From positions 106,208,001 to 106,272,000 of the forward strand of contig NC_058368.1 in assembly GCF_018350175.1 (NCBI RefSeq): 64,000 nt of DNA, read 5' to 3'. The stretch's first letter is position 1. Every line of letters starts with the position of its first letter. Both the position numbers and the translations under genes were made by a program. Source of the stretch: Felis catus. Lineage: Eukaryota. Of the stretch, positions 1 to 12,914 are shown one piece after another. The notes below the pieces were generated by a model, which was not told the origin of the DNA, ran no database searches, and saw nothing but the letters and a program-made list of their open reading frames with translations.

Positions 1-411
1 AGTGATGCCTGTGTATAGGATCAATACTGATTTTCCAGTGCATTCATGCACTTCCAATACATACATACACATACATGTATTTCTTTATTTATTAAAAACA
101 TGACAGCTTTTTCATATGTCAGCAATAAAGAATTTATGGAGATGGGCAGTGCTGAAAGAACCATCCTTTTTGTCTGTGGTGGGCCATGTATTTGCCTGCT
201 GCAGTTATACTATTATGTGGGTCCTTGACCACAGGATTGAGCAGTACTGCCTTTGTGTGCTCTGAGAGCTTGAGATAACCACATCTGCTATGTGGAGCTG
301 TTACTGGTGGGCAGAAGGTGGGGCAATGTCAGTGAAGGTAATGCAAAAAGAAAGCCACAGGGGCACCATAACATCAGGTTATGGTCTATTTTATACAAAG
401 CTGTATAACAC

Positions 412-1390
412 ATTCATTTAATAAATATTTATTGTACTGGGCATTATATTGGGTAAAACATACGGAGAAAGACCAGGCATGGTCTTGAATTTGCAAAGCT
501 TAAAATACTAATAACAATCAAGTAACCTTATAAGTGGTATTTAATTGCAAGTCAGGTAAGTAATATGAGAAAAAGAACATGGTTCATAGGAGAATATGAC
601 TTTGATACCTAGTCCAGGTATGTGGACTGGTGGGTGGGGAAGATGGTCAGGGAAGCTTCCGTGAGAAAGGAAGAATTGAGCTGAAATCTGGTGGTTGTGT
701 AATGATAGTTCTCTAGATGAATAGGAAGACTAAAAGCCCTATATGTGGAGACAGAATGAGGGAATGAGGGCGACTCAGGAAGTGGGAGCAAAACAGCAGG
801 AGTTAAAAAAATGTGCATTCCAAGAAATGAGAAAGGATCATTGTAGCAGTTGTATAAAGAGGGGAGAAGGAGAACGGCTCAAGATGAAGGAATAGGCGGG
901 GACCAAACCGCAGAGAGCATTAGGTCAAGTTCCAGAATATTTTCTTTGTCTTAAGAGGAATGAAATGCTGATTAAATATTTGAAGCAGTTCTGCTTTTGC
1001 AAAAATTATGTTGGCTGAAGTGTATAGAATGGATCGGAGAGGAATGAAAGTGGCAGGGAGGAACCAGTTAAGAATCCGTTGCAGGAAACCCAACAGAGAT
1101 GATAGTAATCTGAATTAGGACAGTAGTGACACAGAGAGAAATAGGAATAAATTTAATAGGTATTTAGGTGGTAGATGGCAGGGTACTTGATGATAGATTT
1201 CATATTAAGACTTAACAAAAGTAAGGCTTGTGTCAGTAACGCTTGTGTAATAGGATGGTTGAAATGGAATTCTTGGGAAGGGGATCTGGTGTGAAGAGGA
1301 GTGTATTTTGGTTTTAGTTATAATGAGTTTGGGCGACCTTGAAATAGCTAAGAGAGAATGCTAAGTGGCAGGAAACTATTTTGACTTGCA
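412..1390 (-). mobile_element. Ancient LINE-2 fragment
   Basis: Begins CATTCATTTAATAAATATTTATTG (reverse complement of the L2 3' end), followed by degenerate purine-rich L2-like sequence; boundaries approximate. Confidence 0.65.
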
Positions 1391-1686
1391 GTTCAATCAT
1401 TGTGTTTTGGATGGCTGGAGCTACTTAACACCTCTTGTTCGGTTAGTAAGAAGAAAATGGTATGCTGAAGTTAGAGTTCCCCTGAGTCCGATCAAGTTTG
1501 CCTTCTGATCATGCAGAGTCTTCACTTAGTGCATCTATTGAATTCTATTTTGCTAGTCCCCCACTTTAACATCTGTAAGCCTAAACTTTATTATGTACCA
1601 CATATAATAAGGATTATAAACTATTTCGTTTTTAATGTACTCTAAAAGCAGCATTTAAAATTGAATTCCAAAAGTAATTTATGATT

Positions 1687-1890
1687 GGCTTGCCAGCGTG
1701 GCTTAGGTAGTTAAGCATCCGACCCTTGCTTTCAGCTCAGGTCATGATCTCATGGTTCATGAGATCAAGCCCTGTGTCAGGCTCTGTGCTGATAGCACGG
1801 ATTTTCTCTCTCTCTTTCTGTCTCTCTCTGCCCGTCCCCCACTCAAATATGTGTGTGTACACTCTCTCTAAATAAATAAATATTTAAAAA
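1687..1890 (+). mobile_element. CanSINE (older subfamily)
   Basis: tRNA-like head (TGGCTTAGGTAGTTAAGCATCCGAC...GAGATCAAGCCC), (CT)n tract, AATAAA/A tail, AATTTATG on both flanks. Confidence 0.9.
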
Positions 1891-1967
1891 ATTTATGGTG
1901 TTTCTGACTGAAAAGAAAACAACCATCCTCCACTGAGATTCATAGAAAAAATGGCCAAGTATTTTGA

Positions 1968-2370
1968 CCATTCATTCAACAAAATATTTGGTGGACCTCT
2001 ACTATGGGCAAGACCCTCTCCTAGGTCCTGGAAATGTAAAAAAAAAAAAAAAAAAAAAAGCAAAACAAAAAAACAGAAAAAAAAAAAACCTACCACCACA
2101 AAGCTTACAATTTAATGAGCTAAATGTGTTTGTGGATAAAACAATATATGCAATAAGTGATGTGAATAAATTCAATATGTAGTATATAGATAATGACAAA
2201 TATTGAAAAAAATCAAGTAGGGATGGGAATTGGGAAATGTATGTGTTGAAAATGTTTAAATTTTGAACACGATGGCCAGCAAAGACCTCACTGAGCAGCT
2301 AATGTTTGAGAGAAGATCATAAAAAAAATGAGGGAGTGAACTTTGTGGATGAGCATTCCAGACATATAGA
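1968..2370 (-). mobile_element. LINE-2 fragment with an A-rich tract at ~2038-2088
   Basis: CCATTCATTCAACAAAATATTT start; GACCTCACTGAGCAG...TGAGGGAGTGAAC...AGCATTCCAG L2-like motifs. Confidence 0.65.
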
Positions 2371-2489
2371 AAATGAACACCAAAATGGCAGGCATAAATT
2401 CTGCTTTATTAATAAGTACATTTGGTCCATTTGAATTCTTCAGTTCAAGGGCAGGTATTGGAAAAATGGATATAAAAACAGCAGCCAGC

Positions 2490-2960
2490 TGTATGCTATC
2501 TACAAAGAGATAGCATTATTCAAATAGGCAAAACATGGCAACAAATTTCAATCCGTTGATGACTGGATAAGCCAAAGGTGGCATATCCATGCAAAGTAAT
2601 ATTATTCAGCCATGAAATGTGCTAAAGTACTAATACATACTACAGCATGGATGAATCTTAGAAACACTATGCTAACTGCAAGAAGCCAGACTGCAAGAAG
2701 CTGCATATTATATGTGAAATACTGTGAAGAGGCAAATTCCTAGAAAGAGAATGTAGATGAGGGGTTGGCCAGAGCCAAGTGGAAAAGCAATGGGGAGTGA
2801 TTTCTTATGATATGGGGATGCTTTTTGAGGTGATGAAATTGTTCTAGAAATAGTAGTAATGATTGTACAACCTTTTGAATATACTAAAACCACTAAATCA
2901 TACACTTTAACATAACATAATAAATGGTATGGTATGCATATCATGTCTCAAAATAAAAAC
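2490..2960 (+). mobile_element. Old L1 (L1M-type) 3' end fragment
   Basis: TATTATTCAGCCATGAAA, CATGGATGAATCT, GGTGATGAAATTGTTCTAG, TACTAAAACCACTAAATCATACACTTTAA: typical L1MB/L1MC 3' UTR motifs. Confidence 0.8.
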
Positions 2961-3198
2961 CACCGCAGCTTAAGAAGAAAAATGACACAACAGATTTTAA
3001 GAAGGAGAAAATAGAAATTCTTTCATTGAAGAGAATAAGATTTAAAACTAATGGATGATGAAAGGACTAGATTAGAGATCGCTGAAGAGGGAATTTGCTC
3101 ATTGGAAAATAGTTCAGAAAAAAAAATCCAGCCTGAACAACAGAAATATGTTGGGGAAATGGCAAGATAGGATAAAAACATAAAAGACACAATAAAAA

Positions 3199-3633
3199 GG
3201 GGCACCTGAGTGGCTCAGCTGGTTAAGCGTCCAACTCTTGATCTCAGCTGGTGGTGAAGTTCAAGCCCCACATCAGGCTTAGCACTGATGGTGCAGAGGC
3301 TGCTTATAATTCTTTTTTTTTTTTTTCCAATGTTTTTATTTACTTTTTGGGACAGAGAGAGACAGAGCATGAACGGGGGAGGGGCAGAGAGAGAGGGAGA
3401 CACAGAATCGGAAACAGGCTCCAGGCTCCGAGCCATCAGCCCAGAGCCTGATGCGGGGCTCGAACTCATGGACCGCGAGATCGTGACCTGGCTGAAGTCG
3501 GACGCTTAACCGACTGCGCCACCCAGGCGCCCCTGTAATTCTTTCTCTCCCTCTCTCTGACCCTTCCCCACTTGCTCTCTCTCTTTCTCTCTCTGTCAAA
3601 ATAAATAAATAACTTTTTAAAAACTCTTAAAAA
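3199..3633 (+). mobile_element. CanSINE split by a nested younger SINE
   Basis: GGGGCACCTGAGTGGCTCAG head at 3199; (CT)n and A tail resume after 3544; degenerate TSD AAAAGACACAATA/AAAAGATACAGTA. Confidence 0.9.
3316..3533 (-). mobile_element. Young felid CanSINE (SINEC_Fc type), nested
   Basis: CpG-rich intact body ending CCACCCAGGCGCCCC; TSD T(A/G)TAATTCTTT at 3305-3315 and 3534-3544. Confidence 0.95.
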
Positions 3634-4892
3634 AAAGATACAGTAGAAGTTCTAGCACAAGTTTAACTAAAATCTCAGTAATAGAGAAGAGAGAGAAAAG
3701 AGGGGAAACAATATTTACAGAGGTTATGCCTTAGGATTTCCCATACCTAAAACCAATTTAAGCCACAGATTCATGAAGTCCAAACCAACTCCAAGCAAGG
3801 TTACAAAAGCACACCTACACTTAAAATAAAGGTGGTTGAAGATCAAAGATACAAAGAATAATATCAAAAGCAGCTGGGAAAAGTAGAGGATTACTATCCA
3901 AAGAGCAACTATTTGACTGCAGATTTCTTGAGAACAAGAAAAGCCAGAAGGTAAGGGAAAGGTATATTGAGAGAGCTCAAAGAAAATAATGGCCGGACCA
4001 GGATTATAGCCCCATGTAAATTTTATTCCAAGAAATAAAGAAAATAAGACATTTTCAACTAAAGAAATCGCTATGAGAATGGTATTTTAAAATACTGAAG
4101 CATATTCTTCAGGGAGAAAGAGAATAATATCAGATGGAAAGTTGGAATAATATGAGAGAATAGGTAGGGTTAAGAAAAATTGGTGAAATGGAAGGTAGAT
4201 TTGAAGAAATTACTCATATTGCAAAATGGTAAGATAAGGAGATGAAAAATACAAAAGAGTGGTTAAGTGACACAGAGTTGTGAATGAAAATTTCCAATGT
4301 ATCTTTAATTGGAGCCTCCAAAGAAGAGAATCAAGCAGATAAGAAAAGGGTAATATTTGAAGGGATAGTTTGAAGAGATAATTTTATAGAACTAGTAGAA
4401 AATGAAGATTCAGGACCACAACAGAGAGAATAAAAAGATTACAAATAAGACTGAGAATCTTCAACGATATCAACAAATGAAGCACTAAGGTAGGGAATTA
4501 TATCTTGAGGAATGCAAAAAGAATACAAGTACTGACATAAAATTGTATTCCAAGGTACATTTTTGTTCAAGAATTAAGTTGAAGTACAAACATTTTTCAG
4601 ACAACCCAAACCTTATAGTGTATTACCAATAGATCTTATCTGAAGAAATATCTGAAGAGAAATGAATATCTGAGGCATAGGATGAAGTGCACAAGGAAAC
4701 TGGTAAACTCGCAGGCAAATTTAAGGTAACAGTGATTATTTAAAATAATAATAGCAATGCCTAGTTTTTGTGGTTAAAAGAAACAACAAAAAGAACCAAA
4801 ATAATAACATGTAAGGCAGAAAAGGGTTGGTGATTGCAATTAATATGGTCAAGAAGTCCCTGATTGTTTAGGAATAAGAGAGAGAGAGATTA

Positions 4893-5103
4893 GGAGCGCT
4901 TGGATGGCTCAGTCGGTTGAACATCCGACTTCAGTTCAGGTCATGATCTCACGGTTCCTGGGATGGAGCCACGAGTTGGGCTCTGTGCGGACAGCTCGGA
5001 ACCTGGAGCCTGCTTCTGATCCTGTGTCGCCCTCTCGCTCCCCCACTCACACTCTGTCTCTCTCTCTCTCTCTTAAAAATAAACATTTAAAAAAAATTTT
5101 TAA
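4893..5103 (+). mobile_element. CanSINE
   Basis: GGAGCGCTTGGATGGCTCAGTCGGTTG head, (CT)n, A tail; flanking AGAGAGAGAGAT repeats. Confidence 0.92.
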
Positions 5104-5699
5104 AGAGAGAGAGATATTAAGTAGTATTTGATTTTAAGTAAAGTTTGCTTGTTAAAATTTTAAGTCAATAGAAAAGTAGAACTGGGATGTGCCTAACTTC
5201 CAAAGCTGTGGGGAAATCAAAGTGAACAGAAAAACAGTATGACTACAAATCATAATGCACATCAAGTAATAATGCACAAGAAGCTACAAATAAATCCAGT
5301 AATGTCTTCCTCTTTTATACTTAAAATCTGATGTCCATTTTCATTCTCTTACAACACATAGTTGAGTAACAGTTTAAATCATACAATTAGCTGTATTTGC
5401 TTTTTGAATTTTGTGATGTCAATTTTTTATAAAGCTCTTTATAAACATAAAAGCTCTTTATAAACAAATTAAATTCAAGCAATTTCCCATTGTTTGTATT
5501 AGCAGAAATTCTCTCTCTCTCTCTTTGTTTTTGACTAAACACATTTTCTTATTTTAATGAGTCATAACTAAAAACATTTGATTAATCAGGGTCTTAGATT
5601 AACATTACATTTGTAAAGAGAGATGTGCGAGTAAAACATATTTACAGAAAAATAGCAATTGGTCCAAAAATATATTGAGCACCACTCAGCTTATCCACC

Positions 5700-5844
5700 C
5701 TTCAACCCAGTGTTGGGCTTTGCACTGAGTGTGGATCCTGCTTGGGATTCTCTCTCTCCTTCCCTCTCCGCCCCTCCCTAAAATACATACATACATATGT
5801 ACATACATATGTATGTATATAAATAAATAAGTAAATAAATTTTT
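5700..5844 (+). mobile_element. 5'-truncated CanSINE with a (TACA)/(TAAA) tail
   Basis: TTCAACCCAGTGTTGGGCT...CCTGCTTGGGATTCTCTCTCTCC body followed by tail. Confidence 0.8.
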
Positions 5845-6061
5845 AAATTTTTTTTCAACGTTTTTTATTTATTTTTGGGACAGAGAGAGACAGAGCATGA
5901 ACGGTGGAGGGGCAGAGAGAGAGGGAGACACAGAATCGGAAACAGGCTCCAGGCTCCCAGCCATCAGCCCAGAGCCTGACGCGGGGCTCGAACTCACGGA
6001 CCGCGAGATCGTGACCTGGCTGAAGTCGGACGCTTAACCGACTGCGCCACCCAGGCGCCCC
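5845..6061 (-). mobile_element. Young SINEC_Fc inserted in the tail of the previous SINE
   Basis: Perfect 15-bp TSD AGTAAATAAATTTTT at 5830-5844 and 6062-6076. Confidence 0.96.
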
Positions 6062-8140
6062 AGTAAATAAATTTTTAAAAGTTAGTTCAAAACTGAAAAA
6101 AGAGAAAATATGGTATTTGACACATAATTACTTAGGAGAAGAAAACTGGGCAGGCAGTTACCTGCAATGCAAAGCAATTTGATGTACTCCAATAGATTTA
6201 TGAGTAAAATTCTTCAGGAAGAGAAAAGGGGATGAGATTAATTGTGGTTCACACGATGTGGGAGTAGACAGTATTTGAACCAGATTTTGAAAAATGGGGA
6301 AAGTTGTCACAAGTTGCTTTCGAAAGGAAGAATTCAGGATGTCAAAAAAGAGCATTACCAATGTCCTAGACATTTGAGAGAAGGAGAGAAGCATATTCAG
6401 GGAATAGAAAGCAGTGTTCATAGGAAAATGAAGAAATGTCAGACTGGAAAAAGTAGTGGGAAGAAATGGATTTTTCGGCATCATGAAGAAAGAAAAATAA
6501 TCTGATAATGATAGCATGAGGCTATCATGTGAGTGAAGTGAAGAAATGACTGGAAGTAATAATTCAGATTAGGAATAAGTAAAGTAACCACATCATTTAT
6601 CATCAAAAATGGGACATTTTTGAGAGCAAACATGGGCCCTAAAATCATTAAGATGTTATAACTTTTAGAAATACTTATAGGTAAGCAGATAGGTTGTATT
6701 TTTTGATGGACCTATAAAACCATTCTATTTAAAACTGATTTTCAAAAATAGGATATACCCATATACACTAAAGCAAAAACATTGATGAACTGAAATTTTA
6801 CAATAAGCATAATAATTGTTTTTTGTATAAGGTCACATATCAGTTTCACAGCAGTTGCTACTTTTAATACTTTGTCATTGATATTTTCTGGAGAATATAC
6901 TTTCAATAAAATCTTATTATTATAAATTTTTCATTAAATTGTCATCTTCTAGAAAGTCGCATTTTCTGGTCGCGAATTTGAAATGGACTCGTCTGTAGAT
7001 TCTGATAATTTTACTTGATAAAGTGCTCTCCTTCCAGGTGCTGACATGCTTAACAAACTCTGAGCAAGTCTTGCTAAATGGAAGATTTCCTCAATCTTAA
7101 ATTTTTTATTAAACTTTGAAAATACTTTTGGCCTAATATTTTAGGTATTTTTTTAACCTCCTTTCAAGGAACCATCTTTGACAAATATTCCTCTAAGACA
7201 GATTGTCTCTGTGTATTCTTTTTAATGTTTTGCCAAGCTTAAATGTTAGAAAACCGTAAGCCTTCTCCATTTGATTTCAGTATGGAAAAGAAACTTACTA
7301 CAAACAGAAGCTCCTCCATTAGAGACTATTTCTGCAAACTGAGACATTTCATGTTTCAAGGATAAAGCAACAGACTTACATCGTGTACATCCACTGAGTG
7401 CCCATATCAGTTTGTTCAGTTCTCTAGCTTTTGTAAGGATGATTTTCATTGTCTTCCATTTCGCAAGCAATGCTTTCAGTCAATTCAAAATGTAAACGCT
7501 TCAAAGATTTCCGATGCTTGGTTTGTGGAACACTTTGATTAAAAGTTTCCTATTACTTTATATAAAATTATTCTCAAATTTAAAGAGCTCTTGTACCGAA
7601 ATTTTCAATGTCATCATGGAACACGTATGTTGATCTGCAAATGGTTCTTCAAAGGCTTAAATATATCTAACCACGAATTAATTTTCAATTAATGAAGTGT
7701 CTACAAGTGTGCTGGAGTGATTTTTAAAATATTAAATATTGCTTCATCACAAACAATGCAAACCAGTCACCCCAAGTATGTATATATAATAATATTTGTA
7801 AATCGTAAATGTGGACGGTTAACATACTCTATTTCAATTGGTAGATTCTTGAAACTTGTTTGAACTCAATTATAAATTATATGTTCATCACCATCAATTC
7901 CAAGTGGATTATTCTCTCAACTACTTTGTAAGACTGTTGTTGTTATCATAAAACTTGCTGATTCTAAGTTCGTCTTTGTATTTTTACTCCTAACTGAATC
8001 ATGCTGCCTTCAGTGTTGAACTTTCAAACAACTTTCATGCTCTCAGCTGTTTCACTTTTGCAAAATGAACTGAACACTTCTTTCTCTCTGGCTCCAATAA
8101 TTGGATGAAAAATATTTGAATGACTTTTGATATGAATTTA

Positions 8141-8365
8141 TTTATTTTTAATTTTTTTTCAATGTTTTTAATTTATTTTGGGGACAGAGAGAGACAGAAC
8201 ATGAACGGGGGAGGGGCAGAGAGAGAGGGAGACACAGAATCGGAAACAGGCTCCAGGCTCCGAGCCATCAGCCCGGAGCCCGACGCGGGGCTCGAACTCA
8301 CGGACCGCGAGATCGTGACCTAGCTGAAGTTGGACGCTTAACCGACTGTGCCACCCAGGCGCCCC
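8141..8365 (-). mobile_element. Young SINEC_Fc inserted in the hAT fossil
   Basis: TSD TGATATGAATTTA at 8128-8140 and 8366-8378. Confidence 0.96.
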
Positions 8366-9470
8366 TGATATGAATTTAAATGATGTTCTATTTGAAGCAC
8401 TTGAGGATATTGATGAACAAACAGCTTTAGTTCACTGTTTGCAAAGGTCTTTTTTCTTCCTCTTTGCTAGTAGTGGATGCATTGACAACTACTGCTTCAA
8501 GACATCTTGAAATTGAAAATGAACGCGTTTAATCTAGAAAAACAGACTTTCGATATAATTGGAAGTCAGGCTTCACAGGTTCGTGTGTAAACACGTTTTC
8601 TGCAGTTACACATACTAAATCGTTTTCTTCAGGCACAGCTTTCTTAAGATAATTAATTTTTGAGGCAAATGCCTATCCTTCTTTAGCAGATTTGTGCCTT
8701 ATGGATTTTATGGGTTAGTGATACAGTACAGATATCATGGTGGATGGGCACTGATGAACATTTTGTGCAGGTTTCTTTTGTCATCTGCTTTCTTGAGAAC
8801 TGAAAATTCAATATTTCCTTTTTCTTAAATGTGCACTTCTAATTTTGGCTCATTGCTTCTGAACATTTCTTGCAAATTTTAAGATTTGAGAAACAAGGAA
8901 TAAATATTATCGATTTACATAATACAAAGATGACATTACCACTACATCAAGGATACAGACAACTTTCTATTCACTCTGTAGAAGACACCTGCAGCCCTCT
9001 TCCATATACATTAGTCACATACACCTAACTTAAAATTTCCCATGTTCCTCCCTGAGGCCCCTCAGCCCTATCTACTATAAACAGTTTAATGCGGGACTGG
9101 TGGCCTGGCAGATGTGTCTCTCTTGTAGAACAAGACAGGACCGAGGCACGACTGTCTGGCCAGCCATAGCCGCAAATAGAATGGTTCTCCCTTCACCACT
9201 GCCTGAGACCAGAAGGAGATGGTTGTCTTTTGCAGCTAATGATTCAGGAGCATAACATCATCTGGCAAGCACCCTACATTGCCAACCTCCAAGGGGAAAT
9301 GTTAGTCTGTTTCTGTCTGGGGGCTTCAGAAGAGAAAAGGTTTCATTGGTTGTCTCAGTTTTGAAGTAGGTTTCAGGTTGCAACTATTCATTTCACATAA
9401 TTCTCACTCTCTGGATCAGAACATGACAGAAACTACCAAGCCCATATTGGCTTATTTAAACACAATTCTT

Positions 9471-9692
9471 GGGGCACCTGGGTGGCGCAGTCGGTTAAGC
9501 GTCCGACTTCAGCCAGGTCACGATCTTGCGGTCCGTGAGTTCGAGCCCCGCGTCAGGCTCTGGGCTGATGGCTCGGAGCCTGGAGCCTGTTTCCGATTCT
9601 GTGTCTCCCTCTCTCTCTGCCCCTCCCCCGTTCATGCTCTGTCTCTCTCTGTCCCAAAAATAAATAAACGTTGAAAAAAAATTAAAAAAAAA
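9471..9692 (+). mobile_element. Young SINEC_Fc inserted in the hAT fossil
   Basis: TSD TAAACACAATTCTT at 9457-9470 and 9693-9706. Confidence 0.96.
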
Positions 9693-9813
9693 TAAACACA
9701 ATTCTTGATAATCCTTTGTGAAAATTGAAAATCCAGAGCAAATATAAATCATGACAGGGTGCTTGGACCACTGGCAGACATTGGGACTGTCCTGGGCAAA
9801 CCACCCTGTAGAA

Positions 9814-10342
9814 TGTTCTGGTTATTGATTGCTGTGCATGAAACTACCTCAAACAGTAGTGGCTTAAATCAATCCTTTTATTATATCTCCTGATTTTGTG
9901 ATTCGGAAAATCAGGCAGTTAAACTGGGTTATTGTTCTGCTCCATGTGGCATCAACTGGGGTCACTTGGCGGTGTTCAGCTGGCCACTGGTCTGGTTTGG
10001 AGGGTCTCAGACGGATTCATCCACACGCCTGTTGCCTTGACAGAGACGGCTGGGAGAATGCAGTGTCACTCCTGTTCCCTCAGAATTGTAATCTCAGAAC
10101 GGGTGTTCTGTCCCTCCGGGTAGTCACACTTCTTACACTGTGGCACAGAGCTCCTAGAAACGAAGATGGAACTTGTCTGTCCTCTCTAGGCCAGATGTGG
10201 AACCAGAATAATATATTTACAGAATGCTCTGTTGGTCACGGCAGTCAAAGGCTAGCCTGGATTCAAAAGGAAGGCACATCCGGCACAGTTTCCAAGAAGG
10301 AAGTATAATCGAGGAACTCGTGGCCATCTTTAACAAGCCACA
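9814..10342 (-). mobile_element. Solo ERVL-MaLR LTR (MLT1-like)
   Basis: TG...CA termini; TTGCTGTGCATGAAACTACCTCAAACAGTAGTGGCTTAAA at one end and TGGCCATCTTTAACAAGCCACA at the other, as in MLT1 LTRs; 529 bp. Confidence 0.75.
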
Positions 10343-11932
10343 TACAGTCGCAGTTAGCTCCGGCTAACCTGAGAATGTATGTCCATAGCTGTTCGTTCAC
10401 TTGCCGTTATCCAAAAATCAACTGTTCATTCTTACTCAAAGCTGTCAGCACTCATGTATATAGTTGGTTTCATCGCAGTGTTAACCTCTTGCCTATCAAT
10501 CAATTAGACATGTAACTATTAGCACTATCTGGGTACAAGACCCTGGCACCGTGCTGATGGCTATGGAGTGAAAATATGAACCCAAAACTCCAACCCTTAA
10601 AGAGCCAGGAATCTACCGAGAAAATACTTGTGCTCAGAACAGCACCTAAAGGAAAGGGATGTGTTTTCTTAGCGAAGGTGAGCCACCCAGTACCCATTCA
10701 AAGAATATGTGCAGGCATGCCTAAGACCACAGGAGTACTGACTATTAAAATAATTTAATATTGATTACATAAGTATCAAGTTCATTTAATATTTGATTTC
10801 CCTCCTGTTAATATTCCAAGGCATTCAGCTATCATAATATTATTTAGTAATTGACCACACAATGTTATGACTAGTTAATGTTTTTATTGAAAAGCTTTTC
10901 ATGTATCCTTAAGGTTAAGGCCTTTTATAACTTTAGAGGGAGGAAGATGTGATCTGTAAAATGTAGCATCATTACAGGTGGACTTACAGATCTGAAAGAA
11001 CATACGTATTGTCATCTTAAGAGAGAGTCACTTGTATGCCAAATGCATGAGGTCCTAGAATCTTCTGACACAAGCCCAAAAGGCACACCAACACAGAGCA
11101 AATTTCAAGTGTGTCCACTATCACTCTGGCTTATGATTATCCCTGTAAGTAAAAAATGAAAAGCCACGGTGATCTGTGGTGGAAATAGCCAGTGTTATCT
11201 GCACTGAGAAACAATTCTAATTCTGTGTAGTTATTGGCTCCAGAGAAGGAGATGCACTGTCTCCAAATAAAGCATTAGTTTTAAATATGTAAGGAATTAT
11301 GAGATTTTTTTTTCCTTAAGAAATGCAGCAAAAATAGGAGGGTAGTGTAGGGTGGAACTAAAAGGAAAAAGAAGGGAGACTTCACCAAATGAATTACACC
11401 TCAGTAGAGTGAAGGCTGAAAGTCAGGATCTCCTATGTTAGCTGAAGGCAAACTTGCAGTCCTTTCTGTAATTTCTAATAATAATACCACCACCAGGAAT
11501 CCCGTCCTGATAAATTCTTAGAGGTCATTCGTGTTCATTAACCTGAACAATGCTAAGTGATTGTGTTATAATGTGGTTCTCACTCCACACTTTTGTTCGT
11601 GTTTATCTTCAACTTGGCTCAAAGTAGATTATGGCAGAAACATCAATTGACAGAGATTGCAGAAATAGCTCACTGTTTTGTTTTTGTTTTTATTTTTGTT
11701 TCCCCCTTTTTGAATGTTGAAATATTCCTAGGCAGAGCCACACAGTTGATCTCCCTTCTCTTCTTGGAATGCGTAGAAACAGATAATTTATGTGCTTGTC
11801 AGTTGCTACAAATAGGGTTTGTATTACAAATCCATTCCCTTTTTTGGATGTATTTGGTCTTCTAGGTTGGTAGCTATTGTTAGCAGTATTAGGAGATAGG
11901 AAAGGTTTTGCTTTATTTAAAAATTTTTGTTT

Positions 11933-12123
11933 GGGACGCCTGGATGGCTCAGTCCGTTAAGCATCTGACTCTTGATCTTGGCTTGGGTCATGGTCTCGTG
12001 GTTTGTAAGTTCAAGCCTCATGTTGGGCTCTGTACTGGCAGTGCAGAGCCTGCTTGGGATTCTCTCTCTCCCTCTCTCCCTGCTCCCCCCCCCCCCAATA
12101 AATAAATAAGCATTAAAAAAAAA
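11933..12123 (+). mobile_element. CanSINE
   Basis: GGGACGCCTGGATGGCTCAGTCCGTTAAGC head, CT tract, A tail; TTAAAATTTTT on both flanks. Confidence 0.92.
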
Positions 12124-12442
12124 CCTACTTAAAATTTTTTTTGTTATAAAAAATAATACTTTTCTTTCATAGGAAAAGCATCAGTAAAGAGAACAACAAA
12201 TGTTATCTATACTCTAGAGATAATTCAGGATACGTTCTATGCCTTTTGTCCAGTGTTTTAAAAACCTGCCAGTATGTGTAAGATTATATTGTATACTGTG
12301 AATAACCTTATATACTGTCCATAAATAGATAGAAAGGGGTTAGAGGTCAGCATTAAACACCTTTAACATCAGACCCTGTGGCGATCAGAAGATTGTGTAA
12401 GCCTGATATGTCTGCATCGAGATGGGGTGGACATTGAAAGAC

Positions 12443-12790
12443 GTCTTAGGCTGGGTTCACTAGAAAAGCACTCAGAAATGAAATGATGTGTGCAGGAGTT
12501 TAATTAGGGAGAGGCAGAGCTGGTCGCTCCTTCCCTTTCATGTCTGAGGAACTGAAGAAAAGAGAATGGGGCAGGGAAGTTGCAAGAGAGGTCTCAGTCC
12601 CTCCAGTGGAGGGAGTTTCGAACCTGGGCGATCCTTCAGAGGTGTCCCACAAGCGGGTCAGACTTCCAGCAGCAATAATGTGTCTTTTATTTTGGAGGGT
12701 ATGTCTGGGCATGCCCCATCCTGTTGCACTCCTGGAATCTCCGTGATGTGGCGTTCCCCTGAAAGTTTGTGGGCTTTACTTCTCACCATA
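12443..12790. mobile_element. Ancient ERVL-type LTR fragment (LTR16/LTR41-like)
   Basis: GTCTTAGGCTGGGTTCACTAGAAAAGCA...GTGCAGGAGTTTAATTAGGGAG resembles old ERVL LTR termini; family uncertain. Confidence 0.45.
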
Positions 12791-12914
12791 TAGAGAGAGC
12801 ATGGTTAGCCTCTTCCAACATACATGATACTTCCTGAAACTGATTTTTAAAAATTAATGTGTAGGACATTAGCTGTCTTTTTTTTTTTTTTTTTTTTTTT
12901 AAGTTCCTGTAAGG

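Larger units (their letters stand above)
2990..5230 (+). mobile_element. Old L1 (L1M) ORF1-region relics, probably two adjacent fragments, interrupted by SINEs
   Basis: A-rich degenerate ORF1-like sequence (AGCCACAGATTCATGAAGTCC, GACTGCAGATTTCT, AAATAAGACATTTTCA; again ACAAACATTTTTCAGACAA near 4590). Confidence 0.6.
6580..9808 (-). mobile_element. Near-complete hAT DNA transposon fossil (BLACKJACK/MER94-like) with a decayed transposase on the minus strand
   Basis: Left end AGTAACCACATCATTTATCATCAAAAATGGGACATTTTTGAGAG and right end GGGACTGTCCTGGGCAAACCACCCT resemble the two MER94/BLACKJACK termini; minus-strand translation gives broken hAT-like peptides (~7020-7080 HLARLAQSLLSMSAPGRE; N-terminal-like segment near 8700-8855). 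Confidence 0.75.

Noticed and set aside
3215..3599. Recurring peptides such as WDRERQSMNGGGAEREGDTESETGSRLRAISPEPDAGLEL (also near 8120, 9495 and 22658)
   Set aside because: Translations of near-identical SINE copies, not a gene family
5431..5466. Short local duplication AAAGCTCTTTATAAACA x2 (similar ones near 2675 and 50080)
   Set aside because: Ordinary slippage duplications with no further structure
7246..7470. 74-aa minus-strand ORF as a domesticated transposase exon
   Set aside because: Short and surrounded by stops, frameshifts and SINE insertions; consistent with neutral decay of the hAT fossil
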